Source of the DNA: an uncultured Gallionella sp.
GTDB lineage: Bacteria; Pseudomonadota; Gammaproteobacteria; Burkholderiales; Gallionellaceae
Direction of reading: 5' to 3'
Assembly: GCA_964623195.1 (NCBI GenBank)
Contig: CAZURE010000003.1
Coordinates: 19,910-83,909, forward strand
Length of the DNA stretch: 64,000 nt
Part shown: one piece after another, positions 35,162 to 45,484 of the stretch
Layout: each line of letters begins with the position of its first letter
Position numbering within the stretch: position 1 is the first letter of the stretch
Made by a program: the position numbers and the translations under genes
The notes under the pieces: generated by a model
What the model was told of the DNA's origin: nothing
The model's input: the letters and a program-made list of their open reading frames with translations, nothing else
Databases searched by the model: none

Positions 35162-35986
35162 ATGGACATCGCTTTATTATTAAAAGCCGCGATTCTGGGC
35201 ATCGTTGAGGGGCTGACAGAATTTCTGCCCATCTCCTCAACCGGTCACCTGATTATTCTGGGTGACTTGCTGGGCTATAACGACGAGACGAGCAAGGTGT
35301 TCAAGATTGTGATCCAACTCGCGGCTATTCTGGCGGTGTGTTGGGATTACCGTGACAGATTGATAAAAGTAGCCAGCGGGTTGTCCACTCAGCCTGCTGA
35401 ACAGCGTTTCGTGATGAAGTTGTTCGTGGCTTTCCTGCCTGCGGCGGTGTTGGGCTTGATGTTTTATTCGACGATCAAAACGTTGCTATTCAACCCGATT
35501 ACGGTTGCAACGATGTTGATCGTGGGCGGTTTGGTGATCTTATATGTCGAGAAGCGCAATTATCATCCACGCATCAATTCGGTAGATGAGATGAGCTGGA
35601 AGGATGCACTAAAGGTCGGCTTCGCGCAGGCACTGGCAATGATCCCGGGGACTTCCCGCTCGGGAGCAACGATCATGGGTGGATTAATTTTTGGCTTGTC
35701 ACGAAAGACGGCAGCCGAGTTTTCCTTTTTTCTGGCTATCCCGACGATGTTTGCCGCGACTGTCTATGATTTGTATAAAAACTGGACACTGCTTTCGCTA
35801 AGTGATTTGCCTGTGTTTGCAGTTGGATTTATGACTTCTTTTATTGCCGCGATGTGGGCGGTAAAGAGCTTTATTCGATTCATTTCTAATCATACTTTTG
35901 TGGTGTTCGCCTGGTATCGCATCGTGTTTGGTTTTGTCGTATTGGGTTCAGCATATAGCGGTATGGTTGAGTGGTCTGCAGCTTAG
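35162..35986 (+). CDS. uppP: Undecaprenyl-diphosphate phosphatase
   Basis: [32 protein letters not shown]. Confidence 0.96.
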   Translation: MDIALLLKAAILGIVEGLTEFLPISSTGHLIILGDLLGYNDETSKVFKIVIQLAAILAVCWDYRDRLIKVASGLSTQPAEQRFVMKLFVAFLPAAVLGLMFYSTIKTLLFNPITVATMLIVGGLVILYVEKRNYHPRINSVDEMSWKDALKVGFAQALAMIPGTSRSGATIMGGLIFGLSRKTAAEFSFFLAIPTMFAATVYDLYKNWTLLSLSDLPVFAVGFMTSFIAAMWAVKSFIRFISNHTFVVFAWYRIVFGFVVLGSAYSGMVEWSAA

Positions 35987-36051
35987 TTGCTGAACGTGTT
36001 TCTCAAGGCTTTATAATTAAGCAACAAATTTCAGAATGGAGATAGCAAAGC

Positions 36052-36324
36052 ATGGCAAGAATGGTTAACTGCGTTAAATTGCAACGCGAGGCTGAAGGTC
36101 TGGACCGCCCGATGTACCCAGGTCCGTTAGGTCAGCGCATTTTCGAAAACGTTTCAAAGGAAGCCTGGCAGGAATGGCTCAATTTACAGACGATGATCGT
36201 TAACGAAAATCGTCTCAATCTGGCTGACATTCAGGCTCGTAAGTATCTGGCGGCACAAATGGAAAGCTACTTTTTTGGCGAAGGCGCTCAAATGCCCGAA
36301 GGGTATGTGCCACCTAAAAACTGA
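36052..36324 (+). CDS. yggX: Fe(II)-trafficking/oxidative damage protection protein
   Basis: [10 protein letters not shown]...SKEAWQEW...INENRLNL-like motif, GYVPP. Confidence 0.93.
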   Translation: MARMVNCVKLQREAEGLDRPMYPGPLGQRIFENVSKEAWQEWLNLQTMIVNENRLNLADIQARKYLAAQMESYFFGEGAQMPEGYVPPKN

Positions 36325-36347
36325 TCCATCAACTGACTGGGGCGACA

Positions 36348-38414
36348 TTGGCTAAAAAATTTCCTTCGCAACAGTTTCTGAATCGCGAGTTAGGCCAACT
36401 GGAATTCAACCGTCGCGTACTCGCGCAAGCAGAAAACAAGTCGATTCCATTATTGGAGCGGCTCAAGTATCTGTGCATCGTGAGCAGTAATCTCGATGAG
36501 TTTTTCGAGATACGCGTCGCCGGGCTTAAGGAGCAGGTAAAGCTGGGTAGCCTTGCAACCAGTGTGGATGGTATGACTGCCGAGCAGACGCTGCGCCTAG
36601 TGAGACATCAAGCGCATGATCTTATCGATCAGCAGTATAAGTTATTCAATGCGGATATCATCCCCGCACTGGCAGAGACGGGCGTCAAATTTTTACCCCG
36701 TATCCAGTGGGATGAAGCACAGCAAGCATGGGTGAAAGATTATTTCTTACGCGAAGTGATGCCGGTATTAACCCCAATCGGGCTTGACCCCTCTCACCCG
36801 TTTCCTAGAGTGCTGAACAAGAGTTTGAATTTTGCCGTCGAACTGCAGGGCAAGGATGCCTTCGGGCGAAATTCCACCCGCGCTATCGTGCAAGCACCAC
36901 GCGTCGTACCTCGAACAGTTTTGATGCCGCCCGAAGTCAGCGGTTGCGAATATGGTTTCGTTTTCCTTTCTTCTATCCTGCACGCGCACGTCGATGAGCT
37001 GTTTACGGGTATGGAGGTGTTGGGCTGCTATCAGTTCCGCGTGACACGTAACAGTGATCTTTTCGTCGATGAGGAGGAAGCCAAAAATTTACGCATCACC
37101 CTTCAGGGCGAATTGCCCCAACGGCATTTCGGTGATGCTGTAAGGCTAGAGGTTGCTGATAATTGTTCTCCCGTGATTGCCGAGATGCTGCTCAGGGAAT
37201 TCAACCTTGCCACGGGTGATTTGTATCGTGTGAATGGCCCGGTCAATCTGGTGCGTTTAATGGGTATATCCGATCTGGTTGATCGCGAGGATTTAAAGTT
37301 TCCGGTATTTGTTCCCAGTGTGCCCGGCGTACTGCAAAAGAAGGGGGCGGATATGTTCAAGGTTATCCGCAAGAGCGATATTCTTTTGCACCACCCATAC
37401 CAATCTTTCAAACCCGTCATCGACTTTATCCAGCAGGCCTCCAGCGACCCCAACGTCGTTGCGATCAAGCAAACTGTATACCGCACTGGTACTGATTCAG
37501 CGTTAATGAGTGCGTTGATTACTGCTGCTCAACGAGGTAAGGAGGTAACAGTTGTCGTCGAACTGCTTGCCCGTTTCGATGAAGAGGCAAACATCAATTG
37601 GGCGAACCGTCTTGAGGAAGTCGGCGCGCACGTTGTTTATGGTGTGGTCGGGCACAAGACTCACGCCAAGATGCTGATGGTGGTGCGTCGTGAGGGCGGC
37701 AAACTAAAGCGATATGTCCACTTGGGCACTGGTAATTATCATCCCCGTACTGCACGCCTATACACCGACTTCGGACTATTCACTTGCAACGAGCAGGTTT
37801 GCGCGGATGCGAGTGAAGTATTCAGCCAGCTTACCAGTCTGGGCAAGGCTCGCAAATTGAATCATCTGTGGCAATCACCCTTTTCATTACACAGCGAGAC
37901 CATTCGATCCATCAATAATGAGACTCGTTTGGCAAAAGCCGGTAAGAGGGGGCATATCATCGCAAAGATGAATGCTTTACTCGAGCCTGAAACCATCTCG
38001 GCACTTTATGAGGCCTCTCAGGCCGGTGTACGTGTGGACCTGATAGTGCGTGGTGTGTGTGCATTGCGCCCCGGCGTGCCAAAACTGTCCGAGAATATTC
38101 GGGTACGTTCAGTAATCGGTCGTTTCCTTGAACACACGCGAATCTTCTACTTCAGAAACGATCTGAATCATGATGTGTACCTTGCCAGTGCAGACTGGAT
38201 GGACAGGAACTTTTTCCGTCGTATTGAGGTAAGTTTCCCCATTCTTGATAAAAAGCTCAAAAAGCGCGTTCTAGATGAAGGGCTTAAGGTATATCTACAA
38301 GACAACTCCCAAGCGTGGGATATGGACAAGGAAGGGCACTACAAACTTAAAAAGCGTCGCTCCCTGAAAAAGTGCGCCCAGAACGCTTTGCTTCAAAAGT
38401 TCTCTGGTTCCTGA
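36348..38414 (+). CDS. ppk1: Polyphosphate kinase 1
   Basis: SSNLDEFFEIRVAG, LHHPYQSF, KTHAKM, GTGNYH, FLEHTRI, SADWMDRN. Confidence 0.97.
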   Translation: MAKKFPSQQFLNRELGQLEFNRRVLAQAENKSIPLLERLKYLCIVSSNLDEFFEIRVAGLKEQVKLGSLATSVDGMTAEQTLRLVRHQAHDLIDQQYKLFNADIIPALAETGVKFLPRIQWDEAQQAWVKDYFLREVMPVLTPIGLDPSHPFPRVLNKSLNFAVELQGKDAFGRNSTRAIVQAPRVVPRTVLMPPEVSGCEYGFVFLSSILHAHVDELFTGMEVLGCYQFRVTRNSDLFVDEEEAKNLRITLQGELPQRHFGDAVRLEVADNCSPVIAEMLLREFNLATGDLYRVNGPVNLVRLMGISDLVDREDLKFPVFVPSVPGVLQKKGADMFKVIRKSDILLHHPYQSFKPVIDFIQQASSDPNVVAIKQTVYRTGTDSALMSALITAAQRGKEVTVVVELLARFDEEANINWANRLEEVGAHVVYGVVGHKTHAKMLMVVRREGGKLKRYVHLGTGNYHPRTARLYTDFGLFTCNEQVCADASEVFSQLTSLGKARKLNHLWQSPFSLHSETIRSINNETRLAKAGKRGHIIAKMNALLEPETISALYEASQAGVRVDLIVRGVCALRPGVPKLSENIRVRSVIGRFLEHTRIFYFRNDLNHDVYLASADWMDRNFFRRIEVSFPILDKKLKKRVLDEGLKVYLQDNSQAWDMDKEGHYKLKKRRSLKKCAQNALLQKFSGS

Positions 38415-38532
38415 TTACCAATTTACCGCTACCACCTGTTATTTGGGGTCCATTATCCTATGGCAGATAGTATGTTTTTATTACTCAATTGAAACCTTAC
38501 TCTTAATAATGGGAAATCCTCCGGAGTCTTAA

Positions 38533-38552
38533 GAGGCCATTCTCAATATCAG
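38533..38552 (-). promoter_or_regulatory. Possible partial Fur box upstream of the iron permease
   Basis: Minus strand GATATTGAGAATGGC resembles the first 12 nt of GATAATGATAATCATTATC; second half does not match. Confidence 0.3.
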
Positions 38553-38712
38553 CAATAATATCCGATATATCCTTAAGCAATGCTTAGCTACATTCTGTTG
38601 AAAGGTCATCGCCGCCCTCGATTGCGTGGACTTAAGCATCATCGACACATTAAGCTGCATAAAGCCGACTATCAAGGCATTAAAATTGCATGGGTAAGAG
38701 TGTAATTTAGCA

Positions 38713-40767
38713 GTGCAAATGCAGGCCGATGAACTTATGAATATCCAATTCTCTTTGGCCGCTCTGAACCTAGTATCTGTTAGGGAGGCCAAAAAACCAC
38801 AGGGGACACACCAAGTTGTGGCCCTTGGTAAGCTAACCCTCTTATTTCTTGTATTGCTCTTCCCCTCTTTCGCATTCGCGTCAGAGCCAACCCATAGAAC
38901 TGCGCAAACCGCTCTCCACATACTCGACTATATAAGTGTTGACTATGGCGGCATTATTTTCCTTGGAAAGGTCATCAATCAGGCCGAATACAAGGAGCAG
39001 CTTGAGTTTTCCAAGCGATCTATACAGTTGCTTGATGAATTGCCCGATCATCCCCGCAAAGAAAAGCTCGTCGCACAAGCACGGACACTGTCTGATTTGA
39101 TCCGTGATAAATCCGCCTCCGATCTCGTCAGCGAAACCGCTCAGCAGCTACGACAGGAAATCATTACGGCATACCAAGTATCTGTAGCACCCAATAGCAT
39201 TCCCACCCTTAAGGGCACAGCCGAATTATTTGCACAGAATTGTATTAAATGCCATGGCGCAGAAGGACATGGTGATGGCCCTGAAAGCAAAAAGCTAACG
39301 CCACCGCCCGCTAATTTCCACGACAACGCCCGCATGGGCCAACGAAATGTGTATGGCCTTTACAACACAATCACATTAGGTGTTTCAGGTACCGCAATGG
39401 AAAGTCACCCCGAGCTTACTGATGGCGAGCGTTGGTCTCTGGCTTTTTATCTCTCGAATTTGCGCATTCCAGATGACTATATTGAAAGGGGTCGAAAAAG
39501 CTGGGAGGGCAGGTCTTATCGCGGCCCGGCTCCGAGTATGGCCTCCCTGACGAGCCTGACCTCAAATGAAATATTAGTTCGTTATGGCGAGCAAACCAAC
39601 GCCGTATATGCTTATCTGCGCTCCAATCCCAATGCACTGACTGCAATCAAACATTCCACTCTGTTGTTTGCTAGCGAGCAACTGGATCAAGCATTATTTT
39701 TGTACCAGAGAGGCGAACAGTCAAAAGCACTGCGCTACTCCGTCGATGCATATCTTGAGGGCTTTGATCCCATGGAGATTAGTCTGGATAACCTTGACAA
39801 GAATCTCAGACTTGAAATCGAACACGAAATGCGTGAAATAAGGCATTTGATTAGCAAAAACAGTCCTATTTCAATGATTGAGAAAAAGATTACTCATACA
39901 AAAGCGCTTCTCAGACAAGCTGACGAACGGCTACGCGCCGGGAAACTGTCTGTCACCGGTGCCTTTTTCAGCTCATTCTTTGTTTTGCTTCGCGAGGGAA
40001 CAGAGGGAATGCTGATGCTCGCCGCCATCATCGCTTTTGTAGTGCGAAGCGAGCAAAGACAATTGCTTAAATATATCCATGCGGGATGGATTTCCGCGAT
40101 GCTGTTGGGCGCCCTGACTTGGATTGCATCCACATGGTTGATAGAAATTTCCGGGGCACAACGTGAAGTCACTGAGGGTGTCACCGCACTTATTGCCTCT
40201 GTCATGCTGATTTATGTTGGCTTCTGGCTACATGGTAAAACGCACACGAAGTCTTGGGACAAATTTCTGGATGAGCATACAAACATGGTGCTTGAAAGGA
40301 AAACGATATGGCTACTTGCGCTTGCATCCTTTTTTGCGATTTACCGTGAAATATTTGAAAGTGTATTGTTCTATCAAGCCTTGTGGGTACAGGTCAACGA
40401 TACAACCAAGCCCGCGCTATGGAACGGAATATTTGCCGCCTCATTGATTCTAGCTTCAATCGGATGGATGATTTTCAAATTTGGCGTTAGATTACCATTA
40501 GGCTTGCTGTTTGCTGCAACATCGTTATTCCTAGGACTGATGGCAGTTATATTCGCAGGCCAAGGAGTAGCCGCTTTACAGGATGCCAACATTATTACAA
40601 GCGACCCTGTCCACTTTCTTACATTGCCGATGTTGGGTTTCCATCCTACTGTTCAGACTCTACTAGTGCAGATTTCAGTTATCTGCATTCTCGCACTAAG
40701 CTATTTGCTACCCTCTCGTCGTCAATCCAACACTATCCTTGCGCCGGTAGAACATGAGAAAACTTAA
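38713..40767 (+). CDS. Cytochrome c/FTR1 iron permease fusion (PbrT/EfeU-like)
   Basis: CIKCH heme motif; two REGxE-type motifs (LREGTEG, YREIFES); start may be ATG 38734. Confidence 0.9.
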   Translation: MQMQADELMNIQFSLAALNLVSVREAKKPQGTHQVVALGKLTLLFLVLLFPSFAFASEPTHRTAQTALHILDYISVDYGGIIFLGKVINQAEYKEQLEFSKRSIQLLDELPDHPRKEKLVAQARTLSDLIRDKSASDLVSETAQQLRQEIITAYQVSVAPNSIPTLKGTAELFAQNCIKCHGAEGHGDGPESKKLTPPPANFHDNARMGQRNVYGLYNTITLGVSGTAMESHPELTDGERWSLAFYLSNLRIPDDYIERGRKSWEGRSYRGPAPSMASLTSLTSNEILVRYGEQTNAVYAYLRSNPNALTAIKHSTLLFASEQLDQALFLYQRGEQSKALRYSVDAYLEGFDPMEISLDNLDKNLRLEIEHEMREIRHLISKNSPISMIEKKITHTKALLRQADERLRAGKLSVTGAFFSSFFVLLREGTEGMLMLAAIIAFVVRSEQRQLLKYIHAGWISAMLLGALTWIASTWLIEISGAQREVTEGVTALIASVMLIYVGFWLHGKTHTKSWDKFLDEHTNMVLERKTIWLLALASFFAIYREIFESVLFYQALWVQVNDTTKPALWNGIFAASLILASIGWMIFKFGVRLPLGLLFAATSLFLGLMAVIFAGQGVAALQDANIITSDPVHFLTLPMLGFHPTVQTLLVQISVICILALSYLLPSRRQSNTILAPVEHEKT

Positions 40768-40772
40768 CCCCC

Positions 40773-41153
40773 TCATTGGTGTTTTTTCGGTCTACCGGTC
40801 TTAATTTTTTCCAGATCACTGAACACTTTTTTAAGCTGCCCATTGCTCAGTCCACCCAAGACTGTTAACCCTGCACGCAGCACTTCACTTTTCTTTACAT
40901 GCACTTTTGACTTCATACAGATAGCCTTGATCTCAGCAATTTTTTGATATTCGTTTTGCGGCATCGTGAAGCTATCTCGCACCACTTTGCCCTTATTATT
41001 TTTCTTTAATTTTTTCGCTACCGATTTGCCTGTATATTTCCTAGTTTTTTTTTTCGCAGCTGATTTTGCTAAAGCAGGTGATTTTTTTGTTGTCGGCAAT
41101 TTTGTCGGCAATTTTTTCGGTGCTGTGCTCGCAGCTGACTTTTTTGTTGTCAT
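40773..41153 (-). CDS. Lys/Ala-rich basic protein with conserved C-terminal domain
   Basis: K-rich N-terminus, then VVRDSFTMPQNEY...KKSEVLRAGL...KIKTGRPKK. Confidence 0.7.
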   Translation of the reverse strand: MTTKKSAASTAPKKLPTKLPTTKKSPALAKSAAKKKTRKYTGKSVAKKLKKNNKGKVVRDSFTMPQNEYQKIAEIKAICMKSKVHVKKSEVLRAGLTVLGGLSNGQLKKVFSDLEKIKTGRPKKHQ

Positions 41154-41239
41154 ATCGCGCTCTTAGGATTAAAGTGACATAAATAGTGTATACCGTTTAT
41201 TTCTATAATCAAGAAAAAGTGTAATCCTCGGGGGAGCAA

Positions 41240-41686
41240 ATGGATTTGATACTTTGGCGACATGCAGAAGCCGTGGACAGCACGCCTGACCATCAGCGTG
41301 AACTCACCGCTAAAGGCCATAAACAAGCATTTAGAACAGCCGCATTCCTTAAGCAACATTTACCAGAAGCGCATCGTGTTCTGGTCAGTCCAGCGGCACG
41401 AGCTCAACAAACCGCCGCCGCTCTGTCCAGCCCTATTACTTTGGCACCGACTATCTCTCCCGGTGCATCGCCCGACGCTGTACTAAAGGCAGCACGCTGG
41501 CCTGATGAAGGTGGCACCGTGATAATCGTCTGCCATCAGCCTACTCTGGGGGAAGTTGCCGCAAAATTACTGGGAAGCAATCAAAGCTACTTAAGCATCA
41601 AGAAAGGTGCACTATGGTGGTTTACCTTGCGCGAGGGTTCCTCTGCCGCCACCCTGAAGCTGGTCATTGCACCTGACTGTTTGTAG
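41240..41686 (+). CDS. sixA: SixA-family phosphohistidine phosphatase
   Basis: ILWRHAEA, RELTAKG, VSPAARAQQTA, VCHQPTLG. Confidence 0.88.
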   Translation: MDLILWRHAEAVDSTPDHQRELTAKGHKQAFRTAAFLKQHLPEAHRVLVSPAARAQQTAAALSSPITLAPTISPGASPDAVLKAARWPDEGGTVIIVCHQPTLGEVAAKLLGSNQSYLSIKKGALWWFTLREGSSAATLKLVIAPDCL

Positions 41687-41715
41687 GTGCCCTTATGTGC
41701 TGAGAGGAGCAAATC

Positions 41716-42418
41716 ATGTATGAATCTGCGGAGCTCGGACACAAAATAGACAAAGTCACTTACAACTCAGAAGTACCTAAATTACGTGAAGCACTGCTCA
41801 ATGCGCAGTTCAATCTGGCCGAAAAAGCCAAGTTTCCGGTCACCATCCTGATCGGTGGCGTTGACGGGGCAGGTAAGGGCGAAACCGTCAATTTGCTCAA
41901 TGCCTGGATGGACCCACGCCATGGGGGACGCCTCAGATGAAGAACGCGACCGTCCACCGATGTGGCGGTTCTGGCGTCATATCCCCCGCACCGGGAAAGT
42001 AACGATCTTCGATCGCTCATGGTATGGGCGTGTGCTGGTCGAACGCGTTGAAAACTTTTGCTCCGAAGCTGACTGGATGCGTGCCTACGGGGAGATCAAC
42101 GACTTTGAAGAGCAGTTGGTCAAGAATAATACTGTGCTGGTGAAATTCTGGCTCGCCATCACAAAGGATGAGCAACTAAGAAGATTCAAGGAACGGGAAA
42201 AGACCGGCTTCAAGCGTTTCAAAATCACTGATGAAGACTGGCGCAACCGCGACAAATGGGATGAGTATGAACATGCAGTATGCGATATGGTGGACCGCAC
42301 TAGTACCGAAGTCGCATCGTGGACGCTGGTGGAAGCTAACGACAAAAATTACGCCCGCATTAAAATATTGAAGACACTGTGCAAGCAGATAGAAGCAGCG
42401 ATGAAGAAAAAGAAGTAG
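41716..42418 (+). pseudogene. Polyphosphate:AMP phosphotransferase (PPK2 class II), frameshifted and internally deleted
   Basis: Frame 1 41716-41940 = domain-1 start (MYESAELGH...GVDGAGKG...MDPRH); frame 2 from 41921 = GDASDEERDRPPMWRFW joined to domain-2-type FDRSWYGRVLVERVE...EDWRNRDKW. Confidence 0.75.
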
Positions 42419-42476
42419 TACCTGCTTGGTAAATTACCCTATTCATCCGAAGGTGTGTAGCGGCTCACCCCTCCGA

Positions 42477-43562
42477 TCAACGGAATACTTTTCTCATTTC
42501 ATCGCTGAATTCAGGATGACGCAAAAGATACGCTTTCTTTTCTTTCAAGAAGTCTGAGTACTCCATATCAAGCGGTCTAGCATAAGTTGGCGGCTTTGAT
42601 TTATCGAACATGTCCACCAGCATTAGGTTGCCCACTTCAAAATTGAAGTGTTTCGCATCCTGCCATAGTCCTCTTGTTTTCCTCACCGGTCGGGCAAAAA
42701 CATCGTTATATCCAAAAAATTGCCAAGATGGATATTCATCTTCAGATTCACTATCTATGAACTTTTTAATCTGCTTCATCTGCCACCACATGATTCCCTG
42801 ATCCCGACGTAACCCATCCACCTCCATCCAATAGGCATGCCTAGGATAAATAAAGAATACCAATTCAACACCATGCTTTTTTGCTGAGCGAATCATGCGC
42901 TGCAATCCGCTTAAATCAAGCGCTTTTCTGGAGCCGTGGTCTGTGCAAAAAGATGCACGATTCTGCAGATCATGTCGAAAGAATGGAATAGGATTTTTTT
43001 GGCGATTGTAATAAAACATACCCTCTCGGGTATGCGTTGCTTTTTTTTCTTGTTGATTCCTGAGAGTAATCAAGGAATATTCAAGTGCAGAATATGTCAG
43101 CAACAAATCTACTGAATAAAATTCACTAATTGAAGCGTAATCTTTCTCACAATTGCTGATTGGCAAATGGCCGGGGTGCAATCCGACCAGCGCCCGCTTG
43201 ATTTTTGAATGGTTAACCGCATACTCAAAGTCACACTGCACTTCTCCCCAGTGCGCCTTCGCAAATGCAAAGTTCATACTTTTCAAGCGGCCATTTTCCG
43301 TAAAAGATGGATTGGTAGGATCAAACCCGATCTCAGAATAAGAGCTACCCAGAATGATCGCCTCCGGCTGTTCACGCGCTAGCAGCGCCGGTTTGACATC
43401 ATGTGCAAAATCAATATACGCCGGCTTGACTGCATTAAAGTTTTCGATCTCTACCGCGCGGAAATACCAGCCCGGATCGACTATCCAATTGAATACCCCA
43501 ATCGCACTCAATAATGCAAAATATCCGAATGCAAACCTGATGATGAATTGCTTGAATGTCAT
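42477..43562 (-). CDS. Membrane-anchored periplasmic partner of the MBOAT (AlgJ/DltD-like, SGNH-type)
   Basis: N-terminal TM, IILGSSYSEIG, C-terminal DAKH; 8 nt from the MBOAT stop. Confidence 0.55.
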   Translation of the reverse strand: MTFKQFIIRFAFGYFALLSAIGVFNWIVDPGWYFRAVEIENFNAVKPAYIDFAHDVKPALLAREQPEAIILGSSYSEIGFDPTNPSFTENGRLKSMNFAFAKAHWGEVQCDFEYAVNHSKIKRALVGLHPGHLPISNCEKDYASISEFYSVDLLLTYSALEYSLITLRNQQEKKATHTREGMFYYNRQKNPIPFFRHDLQNRASFCTDHGSRKALDLSGLQRMIRSAKKHGVELVFFIYPRHAYWMEVDGLRRDQGIMWWQMKQIKKFIDSESEDEYPSWQFFGYNDVFARPVRKTRGLWQDAKHFNFEVGNLMLVDMFDKSKPPTYARPLDMEYSDFLKEKKAYLLRHPEFSDEMRKVFR

Positions 43563-43569
43563 AACGCTA

Positions 43570-45132
43570 TCAGAACTGGAAATAAATAAATTCAGAAATT
43601 TTAGTGATTGATATCGTGCCATATACAGCACACAATACTGCCGCAATCACTAAAGTATTCGAAGGCCGCCACTTGAACCAACCCGGCTTGAAATCTTTCG
43701 GCATATTGAGACCCGGTTTGAAATCAGCCATGATCTGCTGTGTGTTCGGCATCAGCCAAACCAGCAGCAGCAGACCCCCTATCCAGTAATAAGCTGCACC
43801 CGAAATCGGCACCAGAAAGTTGGTCTTTCCAAAAGCCACACCTTGCTCTGCCAGCCACGGGCCTAATTCCCCCATCCTGAATCGCCAACCCATCGGCAAC
43901 ACAAAACCGTTCATGCCGAACATCGCTTTGAGCATTGCAACAGCAGACGCAAGCGTTTCCGCCCTGAACATCACCCATGCCACGACCACCGAGATAAACG
44001 TCAGAAAGGTTGCGAGTATCCGCATCGGCCATGACAGCGCCTTGGACGGATCCTGCCCCATCAGTCTTCGTAGCAGGTGCCAACCGTGATTGATAACCAG
44101 ATATATGCCGTGCAACCCGCCCCAGATTACAAATGTCCACCCTGCCCCATGCCAGAGTCCACCCAACAGCATGGTCACGCCGAGATTCAGATAACGCCTT
44201 GATGTTCCTTTTCGGTTACCGCCGAGTGGAATATACAGATAATCTCTCAAGAATCTCGACAGCGTCATGTGCCAGCGTCGCCAGAATTCGATGATGTTCA
44301 CCGACTTGTATGGAGAATGAAAATTCAGCGGCAATATCACCCCAAACATCCTCGATAAGCCGATTGCCATATCCGAATAAGCTGAAAAGTCAAAATACAG
44401 TTGCAGGGTATAACCGAGTGCGCCGACCCAGGCCTCGATGAACGTCAGTTCAACATTTGTCGAAGCGTCGAATATCGGCCCCACATACACTGCGACTCCA
44501 TCCGCCAAAACCACTTTTTTGAACAAGCCGATGAAGAATATCGTCAGCCCCACCGCCATGTTTTCATAGCTGAATCGATAGGTAGAAGCCTGCCCGAATT
44601 GCGGCATCATTTCTCTGTGATGAAGGACGGGCCCGGCGATCAGGTGTGGAAAATACGTTACGAATAAGGTGTAGTGTATGAAGTTGTATTCCTTCACCTT
44701 GCCCTGATAGGTATCCACCAGAAAAGCGATCTGGGTAAAGGTGAAAAACGATATCCCCAGCGGCAGGATGATCTCACCCAGAGAAAGATGTGTCTCCGCG
44801 ATGCTGTTGACGCTATCAAGAAAAAAGTTAGCGTATTTGTAATAACCCAACAGAAGCAGATTCGAAATAACTGCCACTGTCAGCAAGCGTTTCTGATATA
44901 CCCGACTCTTCTTTACGCCCGCTTTTGCGATCCATGTACCGAACACATAGTTAAAGATGATCGAGACCAGCAACAAGCCAACATAAGTAATATTCCAGTG
45001 CCCGTAAAAAAACAGTGACGCAGCCGTCAGCCAGCCTGCCGCAACCGCATGGCTGACACGGGCAAGCGAGAAAAATCCTACCAAGGTGATCGGCAGATAT
45101 AGGAAAATAAACAGATAGGAATTAAATAACAC
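43570..45132 (-). CDS. MBOAT O-acyltransferase, AlgI family
   Basis: LPLGISFFTFTQI, FPHLIAGP, FDFSAYSDMAIG, FWRRWHMTLS, GLWHGAGW. Confidence 0.93.
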   Translation of the reverse strand: MLFNSYLFIFLYLPITLVGFFSLARVSHAVAAGWLTAASLFFYGHWNITYVGLLLVSIIFNYVFGTWIAKAGVKKSRVYQKRLLTVAVISNLLLLGYYKYANFFLDSVNSIAETHLSLGEIILPLGISFFTFTQIAFLVDTYQGKVKEYNFIHYTLFVTYFPHLIAGPVLHHREMMPQFGQASTYRFSYENMAVGLTIFFIGLFKKVVLADGVAVYVGPIFDASTNVELTFIEAWVGALGYTLQLYFDFSAYSDMAIGLSRMFGVILPLNFHSPYKSVNIIEFWRRWHMTLSRFLRDYLYIPLGGNRKGTSRRYLNLGVTMLLGGLWHGAGWTFVIWGGLHGIYLVINHGWHLLRRLMGQDPSKALSWPMRILATFLTFISVVVAWVMFRAETLASAVAMLKAMFGMNGFVLPMGWRFRMGELGPWLAEQGVAFGKTNFLVPISGAAYYWIGGLLLLVWLMPNTQQIMADFKPGLNMPKDFKPGWFKWRPSNTLVIAAVLCAVYGTISITKISEFIYFQF

Positions 45133-45152
45133 TCAGTAACCGCCTGATGTAT

Positions 45153-45473
45153 TTACTGAAGCTGATGCGCAGTCTGTACCAGCACGTACGGCTTGACCAC
45201 CACCGCCCATACCATCGCATCTGTCTCTATCCATGTGGTGGCCTGTTCGTCATCAACTTTGCCGATCTTGCCCGCATCCATCCACTCCTGGATGAACTCG
45301 GCATTGTCCTTGGACATCTGGAATGCCACCTCGACCAGATCCAACTCATCACTTACAAAAATAGCCGTGCCACTAGCGAAGAATCGTTGCAATTCCTTCC
45401 ATGCGATTTGTGCGGTTTCCAGGTTAACTTTAGTTCTATACAGGTCTTCGGGGTTGTCATCACTCATACTCAA
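45153..45473 (-). CDS. DUF2288 family protein
   Basis: ETAQIAWKELQRFFASG...WAVVVKPYVLVQ. Confidence 0.8.
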   Translation of the reverse strand: MSMSDDNPEDLYRTKVNLETAQIAWKELQRFFASGTAIFVSDELDLVEVAFQMSKDNAEFIQEWMDAGKIGKVDDEQATTWIETDAMVWAVVVKPYVLVQTAHQLQ

Positions 45474-45484
45474 AACTCTTTCAG

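Noticed and set aside
38529-38921. 130-aa minus-strand ORF upstream of and overlapping the FTR1 gene
   Set aside because: Overlaps the permease start and promoter; no family features
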